From assembly GCA_963727625.1 (NCBI GenBank), contig CAVSHR010000009.1:1-64000 (forward strand): 64,000 nucleotides of DNA, in the 5' to 3' direction. This stretch comes from an uncultured delta proteobacterium (GTDB lineage Bacteria > Desulfobacterota > Binatia > UBA9968). Within the stretch, counting starts at the first letter, position 1, and every line of letters starts with the position of its first letter. The notes beneath the pieces were generated by a model, which searched no databases, was not told where the DNA came from, and saw nothing but the letters and a program-made list of their open reading frames with translations. Below are positions 9,612 to 18,729 of the stretch, in pieces. Made by a program: the position numbers and the translations under genes.

Positions 9612-10601
9612 GTGACCCGCGTGATTCGAGTCCTTATTATTTCACTGATCACAACGCTGTTGTACCTGGGCTGCGGCAAAGAAAACCAGCCGGCGACCGA
9701 AGCGAAACTGGCAAAAGTGACTTTGCAGCTCAACTGGAAGGCCGAGCCGCAGTTCGGCGGCTTTTATGCCGCCGAAGTGGACGACACCTATCGCAAGCAT
9801 GGGCTCGACGTGACGATCACCGCCGGCGGCGCCGGCGCGCCCACCGTCGAGATGATCGGCGCCGGTACGGTGCCCTTCGCCATCGTCAGCGCCGACGAGA
9901 TCGTGCGCGCGCGCGCCAACGGCAACCCGGTCGTCGCCTTGTTCGCCGTCTACCAGACCAACCCGCAAGCCATTATGACGCGCGCTTCGCGCGGGTTGAA
10001 ATCGTTGGCGGACCTATTCTCCAGCCCGGGCACGCTGGCGATGGAGCGCGGCCTGCCCTACTCCGATTTTTTGGAGAAGAAGTACGGCTTTCAACGATTA
10101 AAGATCGTCCCATCACCGTTCGGTGATTTGACGCTCTATCGAACTGAAGAGAACTACGCGATGCAGTGCTTCATCACTTCCGAACCTTTGGCGGCAAATC
10201 GGATCGGCATTGAGCCACAGACCTTTCTGATTGCGGAATCAGGCTACAACCCATACACCACCGTCCTGGCCACGAGCGAAAGTTATTTGAAAGCGAATCC
10301 GGAAATTGTCCAGTCCATGGTGGCCGCCGTGCGCGAAGGATGGCAGGCGTATCTCAATAATCCTACCAAGGCCAATGAATCTATGGGCAAGCTCAATCAG
10401 ACGATGGACGCGCAAACTTTTAAAGACAGCGCCGAGGCGCAGAAGCCGCTGATCCAATCGCCCGACACCGAAAAACTCGGCCTGGGCGCGATGACTCTCA
10501 CGCGCTGGCAAACGCTGGTCCAACAATTGATCGAGCTTAAGGTCATCGACCAGCCGGTCGCACCCGAGTCATGCTTTGTTGAGCCTGCAAAGGCAAAATA
10601 A
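9612..10601 (+). CDS. ABC transporter substrate-binding lipoprotein (NMT1/THI5-like)
   Basis: Lipobox-like LYLGC, LNWKAEPQFGGFYAA, GYNPY. Confidence 0.88.
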   Translation: MTRVIRVLIISLITTLLYLGCGKENQPATEAKLAKVTLQLNWKAEPQFGGFYAAEVDDTYRKHGLDVTITAGGAGAPTVEMIGAGTVPFAIVSADEIVRARANGNPVVALFAVYQTNPQAIMTRASRGLKSLADLFSSPGTLAMERGLPYSDFLEKKYGFQRLKIVPSPFGDLTLYRTEENYAMQCFITSEPLAANRIGIEPQTFLIAESGYNPYTTVLATSESYLKANPEIVQSMVAAVREGWQAYLNNPTKANESMGKLNQTMDAQTFKDSAEAQKPLIQSPDTEKLGLGAMTLTRWQTLVQQLIELKVIDQPVAPESCFVEPAKAK

Positions 10602-10678
10602 TTCGTTCACAATACTGCCGCGGCATCGCCATGTGCGAATTGCGCGCCAATTTCTGCTCGAATAATTCTTCGGCGAAG

Positions 10679-11365
10679 ATGCTCGAAGACAATCTAATCC
10701 AAATTGCCGGCGTGATCGATATAGCCGAAGCGCGAATGCTCCAAGAATGCGGCGTTCGATAGCTCGGTTTCCCGCTTCGCCTGCCGGTTCACCGCGAAGA
10801 CATATCCGAGAGCGAGGCGGCAAGCATCATCAAAAGCCTAGTTCCACCGGTGTTCGGCGTGCTGATTACTTATCTCGACAAGGCAAAGGAGATCGCCGCA
10901 TTTGGCCATGCCCTGGGCGCCAGGATCGTGCAGCTGCACGGCGACATCGCCCGCGATGAGCTGAAGCGGCTTAAGGCGCTCGATCCGGGCTTAATCGTGA
11001 TAAAAAGCCTGGTCGTGGGCTTGCACGACGACAAGATTCTCGAAGCGACGTTGCGCGAGCTGTCGCCGATAGCCGATGCTTTCATTACCGACGCCTTCGA
11101 CCGAAAAACCGGCGCATCAGGCGCCACCGGCAAAACTCACGACTGGCGCGTGAGTAAACGGCTGGTGGAACTTTCCGATCGCGCGGTCATCCTCGCCGGC
11201 GGCCTAACACCAGAGAATGCCAAAAAAGCGATACTGGAGATAAGACCGTCCGGCGTCGATGCCCACACTGGCGTCGAGGGGACCAATGGTCGAAAAAGTC
11301 GAGACAAAGTAAAAAGATTTCTATCGGAAGCCCATGAAGCGTTTGAATTGGTTAAAACAATATAG
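10679..11365 (+). pseudogene. trpF: Phosphoribosylanthranilate isomerase-like gene with one in-frame TAG (10760-10762)
   Basis: MLEDNLIQIAGVID..EA...CGVR*LGFPLRLPVH continues in frame into VQLHG, GATGKTHDW, ILAGGLTPEN, GVDAHTGVE. Confidence 0.8.
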
Positions 11366-11485
11366 CGCAAAATCGAAAATTCGGAAGCACGGCTTGTCGT
11401 TGCCGGCCACCTATTTAGCGCGACTCTGTTTAACACATTCATGGCTATAGGGAGTCGTCGCTGCTGAGAGTTTAAGAGAAAAATT

Positions 11486-11560
<75 letters not shown>

Positions 11561-11586
11561 TCAGTGCTGAGTGAAGCTGCGGCTTA

Positions 11587-11615
11587 AATCTATGGAATTA
11601 GTCTGGGGATGTCAA
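11587..11615 (-). promoter_or_regulatory. Sigma70-type promoter of tRNA-Gly
   Basis: Minus strand TTGACA-17nt-TAGATT. Confidence 0.65.
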
Positions 11616-11634
11616 TGTCGGCTCAGAAACGACT

Positions 11635-12438
11635 TCAGGCGTGACGCGCTTTATCGCGCACCAAAGCCAAGAGTTGCGCCGCCGGCATTTTCGATACCAT
11701 GATGCAGATCACATTGCCTTCACGGTGCATGACTGCGTGGTACCCATCCTTGGAAAATGAATAAAAGTTGATCTTCTTGGCCTCGTCAAAGAAACGCTCG
11801 GCCCCCGGCGGCGCGTCCGACTCGCTGCCAAGAAAAGTAAAGCAGGTCACGTCGGGACCTTCGCCCCGATATACGGTCACGAGCACTTCGCGGGCGACGA
11901 CCTTTTCCATGAAACCAGAGATTGGATAGAGCTTCATCATCGACAGGTCGAAACCTATCGGCGCAAACCGGCCGCCCACCGCCTGAACCAAATTCCGTTT
12001 GAGTTCCTCGGGATTGTCGGCGCGCGCCAGGGTTTTGACGCCGGCCTCGATTTCCGCGTGGATCGTCAAAGTCGCCAGCGCGACTCGGCGATCTCCCGCG
12101 CCGCGAAACATCAGCGGATATAACACCACAAGCAACAGCGCCACGGCCAGCGCCGGGCGAACCCAGGGCGTCGTCAGCAGCTCTTTTAATCTTGCCTTGG
12201 CCAGCCGCCAGGCGCTCGGTTTGGTAACCAGCTCGTCAATCATCCGGCGTAGCGCCGCCGGCGTGGTGATCGCGGCGCTCGCTAAGCGAACCTGCTGCTT
12301 AATACGCCATTCCTGGTCATAGACCCGCTGGCACTGCCCGCATGTGGCGAGGTGGCCATCGATAGCGCGCCGCTCTTCCTTCGACAACTCGTTGTCGACC
12401 AGCGCGGTGATCCACTCTTGAGCTTGTTCGCAGTTCAT
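11635..12438 (-). CDS. Anti-sigma factor (zf-HC2/ZAS, single TM)
   Basis: MNCEQ...HLATCGQC, one TM helix, immediately downstream of ECF sigma. Confidence 0.88.
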   Translation of the reverse strand: MNCEQAQEWITALVDNELSKEERRAIDGHLATCGQCQRVYDQEWRIKQQVRLASAAITTPAALRRMIDELVTKPSAWRLAKARLKELLTTPWVRPALAVALLLVVLYPLMFRGAGDRRVALATLTIHAEIEAGVKTLARADNPEELKRNLVQAVGGRFAPIGFDLSMMKLYPISGFMEKVVAREVLVTVYRGEGPDVTCFTFLGSESDAPPGAERFFDEAKKINFYSFSKDGYHAVMHREGNVICIMVSKMPAAQLLALVRDKARHA

Positions 12439-12441
12439 CGT

Positions 12442-13053
12442 TTACGACTCTGTGCCAAACTTGAGCACATACCCGCTCAAGATCCCTTGTAGCAACTTAC
12501 GCCCGCGTGACAAACGCGAGCGCACCGTGCCGATCGGGCACGAGAGAATTTCGGCGGCCTCCGCGTAGGTGAAATTGCCCATGTCGACCAGCACGATCGG
12601 GGCGCGAAACTCGTCAGGAATTTCCTTCAAAGCGCGGCCGATTTTCACGCCGAGCTCCTGTGCCAACACCAGCGTTTCCGGCCCGGGATTCGGCGCCGGC
12701 AAGGTGTCGAAGAAATCTTGCTTTTTCCCGACCGAGTCGGCGAGATCCTCGGCAGCGACAATACGCTTGTTGCGCGCGTAGAAGTCGTAGAAAAAATTGT
12801 AGAGGATCTTGGTCAGCCAAGCTTTCAGATTGCTGCCCGGCAAGAATTGTTCTTGCGCGCTCAGCGCCCGGGCGCAGGTTTCCTGAACACAATCCTGCGC
12901 TTCGACATCGTTTTTCACCAGGTAGTAAGCGACGCGGTAAAGATGATCCAGGTGCGTCATGATTTCCGACCCGAAACGTTCCCGCTCAATTTCCCTAGCA
13001 TTCCTCAGCGTCACAACGTTGGCATTGTAATGAAGCGAAACGCTAGAGTCCAA
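12442..13053 (-). CDS. ECF RNA polymerase sigma factor
   Basis: AQDCVQET, NLKAWLTKILYN, YAEAAEILSCPIGTVRSRLSRGR; start uncertain. Confidence 0.92.
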   Translation of the reverse strand: MDSSVSLHYNANVVTLRNAREIERERFGSEIMTHLDHLYRVAYYLVKNDVEAQDCVQETCARALSAQEQFLPGSNLKAWLTKILYNFFYDFYARNKRIVAAEDLADSVGKKQDFFDTLPAPNPGPETLVLAQELGVKIGRALKEIPDEFRAPIVLVDMGNFTYAEAAEILSCPIGTVRSRLSRGRKLLQGILSGYVLKFGTES

Positions 13054-13171
13054 CTCGGCGCCGGCCTAACTAATCTAACGATCGGCCGGACACAAAAGTT
13101 CCCTGCGGTGCAGCCAAAAAGACGGCGGGAAAGCTTGCGAGCAAGGGGCAAGCTGTCTTATCTTGAAGGCC

Positions 13172-14116
13172 ATGAAATACCGAGAACTTGGCAAAACCGG
13201 CTTGCGCGTAAGCGCGATCGGCCTGGGCACGATGGTTCACGCCGGGCACTTTGGCGTCATGAAAGACTCCGAATCCTTAAGCGCCATCGAAACCGCCCTC
13301 GATTTAGGTGTTAATTTCATCGACACCTCAGACGCCTACGGCGCGGGCTATTCCGAAACGCTGTTGGGCAATGCGCTCAAAGGCAAGCGCGATAAAGTTA
13401 TCCTGGCGACCAAGGGCGGCAACGTCATGGTCGGACCGAACCGCGGCAAGCGCATCTTCGAGCCGGATTACATCAGCCGGGTGATGGACGAAAGCTTGAA
13501 GCGGCTGCAAACTGACTACGTCGATCTTTATCAATTGCACAACCCGACCGTCGAAGTAATCGAAAAGGGTGAAGTCTGGAGTGTGCTGGAGCGCGCCAAG
13601 CAAGCCGGCAAAATCCGCCACTACGGCGTTTCGATCAACACCATGGAAGAAGGCATCGCCGCGGTCAAAGACGGCCGCGCCGAAACGATTCAAGTCGAGT
13701 ACAACCTGCTCACCCAGGAGCCGCGGGAAACCATATTCCCGCGCGCAGAGAAAGCTCGGGTCGGCATTATTGCGCGCGTGCCGTTAAAACGCGGAATCCT
13801 GACGGGAAAATTGACTCAGGCCGACGAAGCACGATTTCAAGGCGAGGATGTGCGCGCGCGCAGCTTTAAAGGCGAAGCCTTCGCCAAGGAACTGGCCAAA
13901 GCGGAACAGCTAAAATTTCTTGTTCGCGGCCCGGTGAAAAATTTATGTCAGGCGGCCATCGCCTTTTGCATTGCTCACCCCGCGGTCAGCGTCGTGATCC
14001 CCGGCGCGCGCAACGCCGCACAGATGCGCGAGAATGCCGCCGGCGCTGACGTCGAAATTCCCGCCGCCGATCTGGAAAAAGTCGCCGAGCTCTGGCGCCG
14101 CGGCTTCGCCGGTTAG
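13172..14116 (+). CDS. Aldo/keto reductase
   Basis: YRELGKTGLRVSAIGLG, FIDTSDAYG, ATKGG, DLYQLHNP, VIPGAR. Confidence 0.93.
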   Translation: MKYRELGKTGLRVSAIGLGTMVHAGHFGVMKDSESLSAIETALDLGVNFIDTSDAYGAGYSETLLGNALKGKRDKVILATKGGNVMVGPNRGKRIFEPDYISRVMDESLKRLQTDYVDLYQLHNPTVEVIEKGEVWSVLERAKQAGKIRHYGVSINTMEEGIAAVKDGRAETIQVEYNLLTQEPRETIFPRAEKARVGIIARVPLKRGILTGKLTQADEARFQGEDVRARSFKGEAFAKELAKAEQLKFLVRGPVKNLCQAAIAFCIAHPAVSVVIPGARNAAQMRENAAGADVEIPAADLEKVAELWRRGFAG

Positions 14117-14150
14117 ACCGACTCGCCAGTCGCATCCGTGGAGCAGGCTC

Positions 14151-14969
14151 ATGGAGCAAAGCATTTCACACTGGCCCGGCAACCAAAAACTTACCGTCAT
14201 GGTGACGGTGATGTTCGAAGTATGGTCGGAGGGCAAGGCGCCGCCGTATTCGCCGATGACGACGTCGCTCAAGCCGGGCACACCGGATCTCCTGGGAATT
14301 TCCTGGTCGCAATACGGCGGCAAGACCGGCATCTGGCGCTTCATGCGCATCTTCGATGACGTGGATCTCAAAGCGACGGTTTGCCTGAATGCCAAGGGCG
14401 CGGAATTATTTCCCCAAGCCGTGAAAGAACTGCACAAACACGGCCACGAAATCGCCGGCCACTCGTACACCCAGGACTTAATTTTGCCGTATCTTTCGCT
14501 CGACGAAGAAAGAGAAGTCATCCAACGATGCAAACGCATCGTCGGCGACGCCGTCGGGGTCGCGCCGGTCGGCTGGTTTAGTCCGGTGGCCGCGCCCACT
14601 GTTCATACCGCCGAACTTCTCGCCCAAGAGGGATTTATATGGCACGGGGACTACAACGACACTGATCTGCCGTATCGTTTAGAAACTGCCAAAGGCCGGC
14701 TGGTCGCCATCGCGCACAGCGACTTCACTGACAATCGCACGCTGCGCTCCAGCCCGCGGAATTTTTACAACGTTTATAAAGACACCTTCGACTATCTCTA
14801 CAAACACGAAGCGCCTTCGCTGCTCAATTTGACGGTCCATGCACATTTCGGCGGCCGGCCACTGATGTCGGCTATGCTGTACGAGCTATTGCACTATATG
14901 AAAGGCTTTCCCGGCGTCTGGTTCGCGCGCCACGACGAGGTCGCACGCTGGACTCTCGAACAGAGCTAG
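14151..14969 (+). CDS. Polysaccharide deacetylase family (CE4, PuuE-like) protein
   Basis: WP...L.VMVTVMFE, SWSQYGGKTGIWR, HEIAGHSY, VHAHFGGRP, VWFA. Confidence 0.85.
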   Translation: MEQSISHWPGNQKLTVMVTVMFEVWSEGKAPPYSPMTTSLKPGTPDLLGISWSQYGGKTGIWRFMRIFDDVDLKATVCLNAKGAELFPQAVKELHKHGHEIAGHSYTQDLILPYLSLDEEREVIQRCKRIVGDAVGVAPVGWFSPVAAPTVHTAELLAQEGFIWHGDYNDTDLPYRLETAKGRLVAIAHSDFTDNRTLRSSPRNFYNVYKDTFDYLYKHEAPSLLNLTVHAHFGGRPLMSAMLYELLHYMKGFPGVWFARHDEVARWTLEQS

Positions 14970-15680
14970 GACACCTTTTCGCCGGCCTCGGCCGGTGTCT
15001 CGTCGAAATCGTCCGGATTGAAGTTGATCAAAACGAACGGCGTGTAATTGTCGTAGTTGGCTTCGCCCCCGCGCGAGCGGTTTTTTAACCCGGATTCCGC
15101 AGTTGAACTTGAGTGAGGGATGAACCTAGAGCAGCGAAGACACTCAGGTGTGCCGTTTCAAAGGCCTTTCTGCCACTTGGCTCAACGCCCCATAATTCTG
15201 ACAAAATAAACACAGCAGCGAGACCTGTCCTGGGCTCAGATGTATAAAAGCATTGTCTTCGCCGCGGACGGTTTGCCCCTCGCTCATCGTGGAACGTTCC
15301 CAACTGCGGAATCCGGGTTTAACGAAGCGGTTAGACTTGTCGTCCACCGCGTAGATGTCGACCACTGCAGAGACCCGGTTATACACCGATTTAAACAGCG
15401 CCATCCCCTGTGCCGGCACACTGATCACCGGCGCCATCGCTTTGGGAATGACCAAAAGCTGCTCGGCGCTATTGCCCCGAAAGCGTTTAAAGACACTTTG
15501 AGACAAAGCTCCGCGGACTCGGCATCACCGAGCACCTGCGGGCCCCGCTCTTGCAAATGCGCCTTTGTGAACGCACTGGCAAACTCGCGCTCCGTCGTTC
15601 CACCCTACACGTCCAACGCCAAACAGACTTTCTTAAAGGGGAAACCTATAGGCCGGGAAATTGGAGATTTTGGAAACGAG
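14966..15680 (-). pseudogene. Decayed hypothetical gene interrupted by MITE, with stop and frameshifts
   Basis: Protein-like fragments in different frames: KKVCLALDV*GGTTEREFASAFTKAHLQERG; ALFKSVYNRVSAVVDIYAVDDKSNRFVK; after the MITE NRSRGGEANYDNYTPFVLINFNPDDFDE...*. Confidence 0.55.
15089..15317. mobile_element. MITE / internally deleted IS (IS1380-like ends), 229 bp
   Basis: Perfect TIR CCCGGATTCCGCAGTTG (15089-15105) / CAACTGCGGAATCCGGG (15301-15317), flanked by direct repeat TTTAA (15084-15088; 15318-15322); no transposase. Confidence 0.88.
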
Positions 15681-15689
15681 CGGCGGACG

Positions 15690-16181
15690 TTAAAACTCGC
15701 CGCGATAATAACCACATTGTCCGCGCGCTTCCTCGACGCCGACTTCCATGAAACGAATCTGGGTGCGGGGAAAGTTGCGGCGCACTTGACGGCGAATCTG
15801 ATCGGCAATATGCTCCGCCAGTAGTTCTGTGCTCGTGTTTATCAGCGGCAGCAGAATCACATCTCGGCGCGGCAGAATCATCTTCTGTTTGCCGTAGCGA
15901 ACTTCCACCTCCTGCGGGCGCTCGCGAACCTTGATGATCGGGCTCGCTGTCTGAATCAGCGTGCGGTGATCCAAAGCATCGCATACCTGTTTGACCAGCG
16001 GTTTGAACGCGACAAAGTCGAGGACCACGCCGGAGTGATCGAGCTCCCCTTCCATGACCACCGACACCTGGTAGTTGTGGCCATGCAGCGGTTCGCGTTT
16101 GCCATTGGCAAAAATCAAAAAATGCGCCGAGGCAAAATTGAAATAATCCTTGGCTACTTCAATGCTAAAAGATCGTGACAT
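15690..16181 (-). CDS. queD: 6-carboxytetrahydropterin synthase (QueD/PTPS family)
   Basis: FASAHF, EPLHGHNY, LDF, LDH, STELLA, VEE. Confidence 0.85.
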   Translation of the reverse strand: MSRSFSIEVAKDYFNFASAHFLIFANGKREPLHGHNYQVSVVMEGELDHSGVVLDFVAFKPLVKQVCDALDHRTLIQTASPIIKVRERPQEVEVRYGKQKMILPRRDVILLPLINTSTELLAEHIADQIRRQVRRNFPRTQIRFMEVGVEEARGQCGYYRGEF

Positions 16182-16188
16182 GCCTCGG

Positions 16189-16217
16189 ACGTTAACCAAA
16201 AGGCGGCACCCTTTCAA
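16189..16217 (-). promoter_or_regulatory. Sigma70-type promoter, probably leaderless queD
   Basis: Minus strand TTGAAA-17nt-TAACGT, ATG 7 nt later. Confidence 0.5.
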
Positions 16218-16410
16218 GCGAGGATCGAGTCATCGCGTCCCGGGAACGCCTATTTACCAGAAGCTATAACGGCAGAATTACGACCGAGCTGAGCAGAGTC
16301 GACCATAGACCGGCCGGCAAATAGTAAAGAGAATTACGTGGGTGATATTGCGAGTAGTTGTCTTTTGACGGGCGCCTTAGGGTTACGCGCGCTTGAAGCG
16401 CACGCGTTGG

Positions 16411-17523
16411 TCACTTCCGTTGCACAGTTAAACCGATCGCTTCGGAAATTTGCTTCAGTCCGTCGCGCTCGAGCAGCCGGCACAAACCCTGATTGATCCG
16501 TTTCACCGCACCCGGCCCCTCGTACACCCAACCCGTGTAAATCTGCACCGCGCTGGCACCCGCTTTGATCTTGTCGTAGGCGTCCTGCACGTTAAAAATC
16601 CCGCCCACGCCGATGATCGGCAACTGGCCACCGGTCGCACGATAAATATGCGCCACGAAACCGGTGACCTTCGTGGTAATCGGCCGGCCGCTTAATCCGC
16701 CGGGCTGCGGTCCGTTTGGCGATCTTAAATTTTCCCGCATGAAGGCCGTCGCATTGGTAGCGACGATGCCGGTGAGCTTTACCGAATTCACCACTTCGAT
16801 GATTTCATCAACTTGAGAGAACTCCATATCCGGGGCGATTTTTACAAATATTGGCTTCGCGGCGATTCTTGCGCCGGCAGACAACTGGCGATTTTTTTCC
16901 TGCACCGCCGACAGTAAGTCGCTCAACAGACTCTTTTCCTGAAGATCGCGCAGATTGGGCGTGTTCGGCGAACTCACGTTCAGGGTAAAAAAATCGCCGT
17001 GCGCGAAGAGCTGCTCGAAACAAGCGAGAAAATCCGCCACCGCGTCTTTGGTTTCGACGATCTTGGTGCGGCCGATGTTCATGCCAAGGGGAATTTTGGG
17101 TCGACCGCCGCGCGCCGCCATACGCTGGAGCTTGGCCGCGATCGCCGCCGCGCCCTCGTTATTGAAGCCCAGCCGGTTAATGAGCGCGTGGTCTTCCGGC
17201 AAGCGGTAGAGTCTGGGCTTGGGATTGCCCGGCTGCGCTTGGGCGGTAATCGCGCCGATCTCCATGAAGCCGAAGCCGAAGCTGGCAATAGCCTTCGGCG
17301 CAATGGCGTTCTTGTCGAAGCCGCCTGCAAGCCCGACCGGGTTGGCGAATCGCAGCGGCCCGACGGTGACGGCTAAACGGTCGTCTTCGACCCGGTAGAA
17401 TTTTTCGAGAATTCCGGCGAACCCTTCGGCCTTTGCCAAAAGCGCCAGCATCATTTCGTGGCTTTCTTCGGGATCTTTGCGAAATAACAGCGGACGGATG
17501 ATCGACTTGTAACAGGTAGCCAT
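16411..17523 (-). CDS. pyrD: Quinone-dependent dihydroorotate dehydrogenase
   Basis: NPVGLAGGFDK, INRLGFNN, NVSSPNTPNLR, KIAPD, GGLSG, IIGVGGI. Confidence 0.95.
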   Translation of the reverse strand: MATCYKSIIRPLLFRKDPEESHEMMLALLAKAEGFAGILEKFYRVEDDRLAVTVGPLRFANPVGLAGGFDKNAIAPKAIASFGFGFMEIGAITAQAQPGNPKPRLYRLPEDHALINRLGFNNEGAAAIAAKLQRMAARGGRPKIPLGMNIGRTKIVETKDAVADFLACFEQLFAHGDFFTLNVSSPNTPNLRDLQEKSLLSDLLSAVQEKNRQLSAGARIAAKPIFVKIAPDMEFSQVDEIIEVVNSVKLTGIVATNATAFMRENLRSPNGPQPGGLSGRPITTKVTGFVAHIYRATGGQLPIIGVGGIFNVQDAYDKIKAGASAVQIYTGWVYEGPGAVKRINQGLCRLLERDGLKQISEAIGLTVQRK

Positions 17524-17609
17524 TGGATTCGTGTAACGAGAAAATAGCTAGACTGCCAGTGACAGTCGTTGAAGAAAAGTAAGTTTGAAAATTTCGTCCG
17601 GCAGATACA

Positions 17610-17643
17610 CCGAGAGGGAGGCCGTTGAGCGCCTCCCTCTCGG
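17610..17643. terminator. 13-bp GC-rich stem-loop between NIPSNAP gene and pyrD (terminator or REP-like)
   Basis: CCGAGAGGGAGGC-8nt-GCCTCCCTCTCGG; no long U-tract. Confidence 0.5.
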
Positions 17644-17709
17644 AAATTGGCTCGGTTTGCCGACTGCCGGCCAGCGATGAACTGAAAACTTTTTTTTAAT
17701 GTCTCCGCC

Positions 17710-18327
17710 TCATTTAAATGGCGCACAGGGCGCGGGAGTCATAATCATATTCTCCTGGGCAATGAGAAATTCGCGGGTCGCCGGCGGCCACCCTTCGACG
17801 GTCTTGGTCGCTTCGGCGCGCAGTTTTCCCCGTTCCCCGCCGTCCTTGTATGCCCAGACGTGAATATATTGATTGAGCGGCCCGATGATTGTTTGTCCCG
17901 CGAAAACCAGCGGCGAGACCTTGGTGCGCGCCGGGATGATTTTGCCGAAACGTTCGAGCACGGTCGGCATGGTCCCGGGCTGATACGTGTAGGTGCGGAA
18001 TTCGTAGACGTCGCCCAGCTTTTGCTCGGGTAGCGGCGGCGAGAAGGGCGCGGGTTGGATCATTTTATTTTCTTGCGTGAGGATGAACTCTTGAGTCTTC
18101 GGCGGCCACTTACCGGTCTTCCTGGCTTCAGCACCGATCCGGTCGCGGTCCTCAAAATTCTCATAAGGCCAGACATGAACCACCCGGTTGAGCCCGCCGA
18201 CTTCGGACAGCCACAGACCCAACAGCTTGGAAAATTGCAATCGGGCGGTCAACCCCTCGGCAAACCGTTCGACGAAATTTTTAGTCGTGCCAGGTTTCAG
18301 TACATAGGTTCTCATCTCTAAGATCAT
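17710..18327 (-). CDS. NIPSNAP family protein (two domains)
   Basis: EMRTYVLKPG...VHVWPY repeated as EFRTYTYQPG...IHVWAY. Confidence 0.9.
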   Translation of the reverse strand: MILEMRTYVLKPGTTKNFVERFAEGLTARLQFSKLLGLWLSEVGGLNRVVHVWPYENFEDRDRIGAEARKTGKWPPKTQEFILTQENKMIQPAPFSPPLPEQKLGDVYEFRTYTYQPGTMPTVLERFGKIIPARTKVSPLVFAGQTIIGPLNQYIHVWAYKDGGERGKLRAEATKTVEGWPPATREFLIAQENMIMTPAPCAPFK

Positions 18328-18729
18328 ACGGTACCCCCTTTTAAGTTTTCTATCCTTTCCCACAAATTTACAAGGAAATGCAACCACAAGCGGGCGCAAG
18401 CAGCCGCAAAGACGCATTTCTGGCCAGTGAGTGTCTAATCCATTCTTGGCATGACGAAATTTTTACAGCCCAGCAGCTTAGCGGTGTAACCATACAAGTC
18501 CGACTCTCGACTGTTATCAAGCCTTGTCGGCGGCAGAAAGACTGTCGTGAAATCTCCAAAAAGTGTCAGCTTTGACAGCGCACCAATACCGTTTGATATA
18601 GATTCCAACCGCAAACTCCTTCAGCTTACCGAGACGACATTTTTAGCCGGTGGTATGTTTGTTGCTCAGGGATTCAGGCACCCGGCAGGCGCCGGAATCT
18701 TTGCATTGAAATTGAGAAGGACCCCTCAG

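Noticed and set aside
15240-15824. 194-aa plus-strand ORF as possible transposase
   Set aside because: Starts inside the MITE and runs antisense to the pseudogene and queD; no DDE-like motifs.
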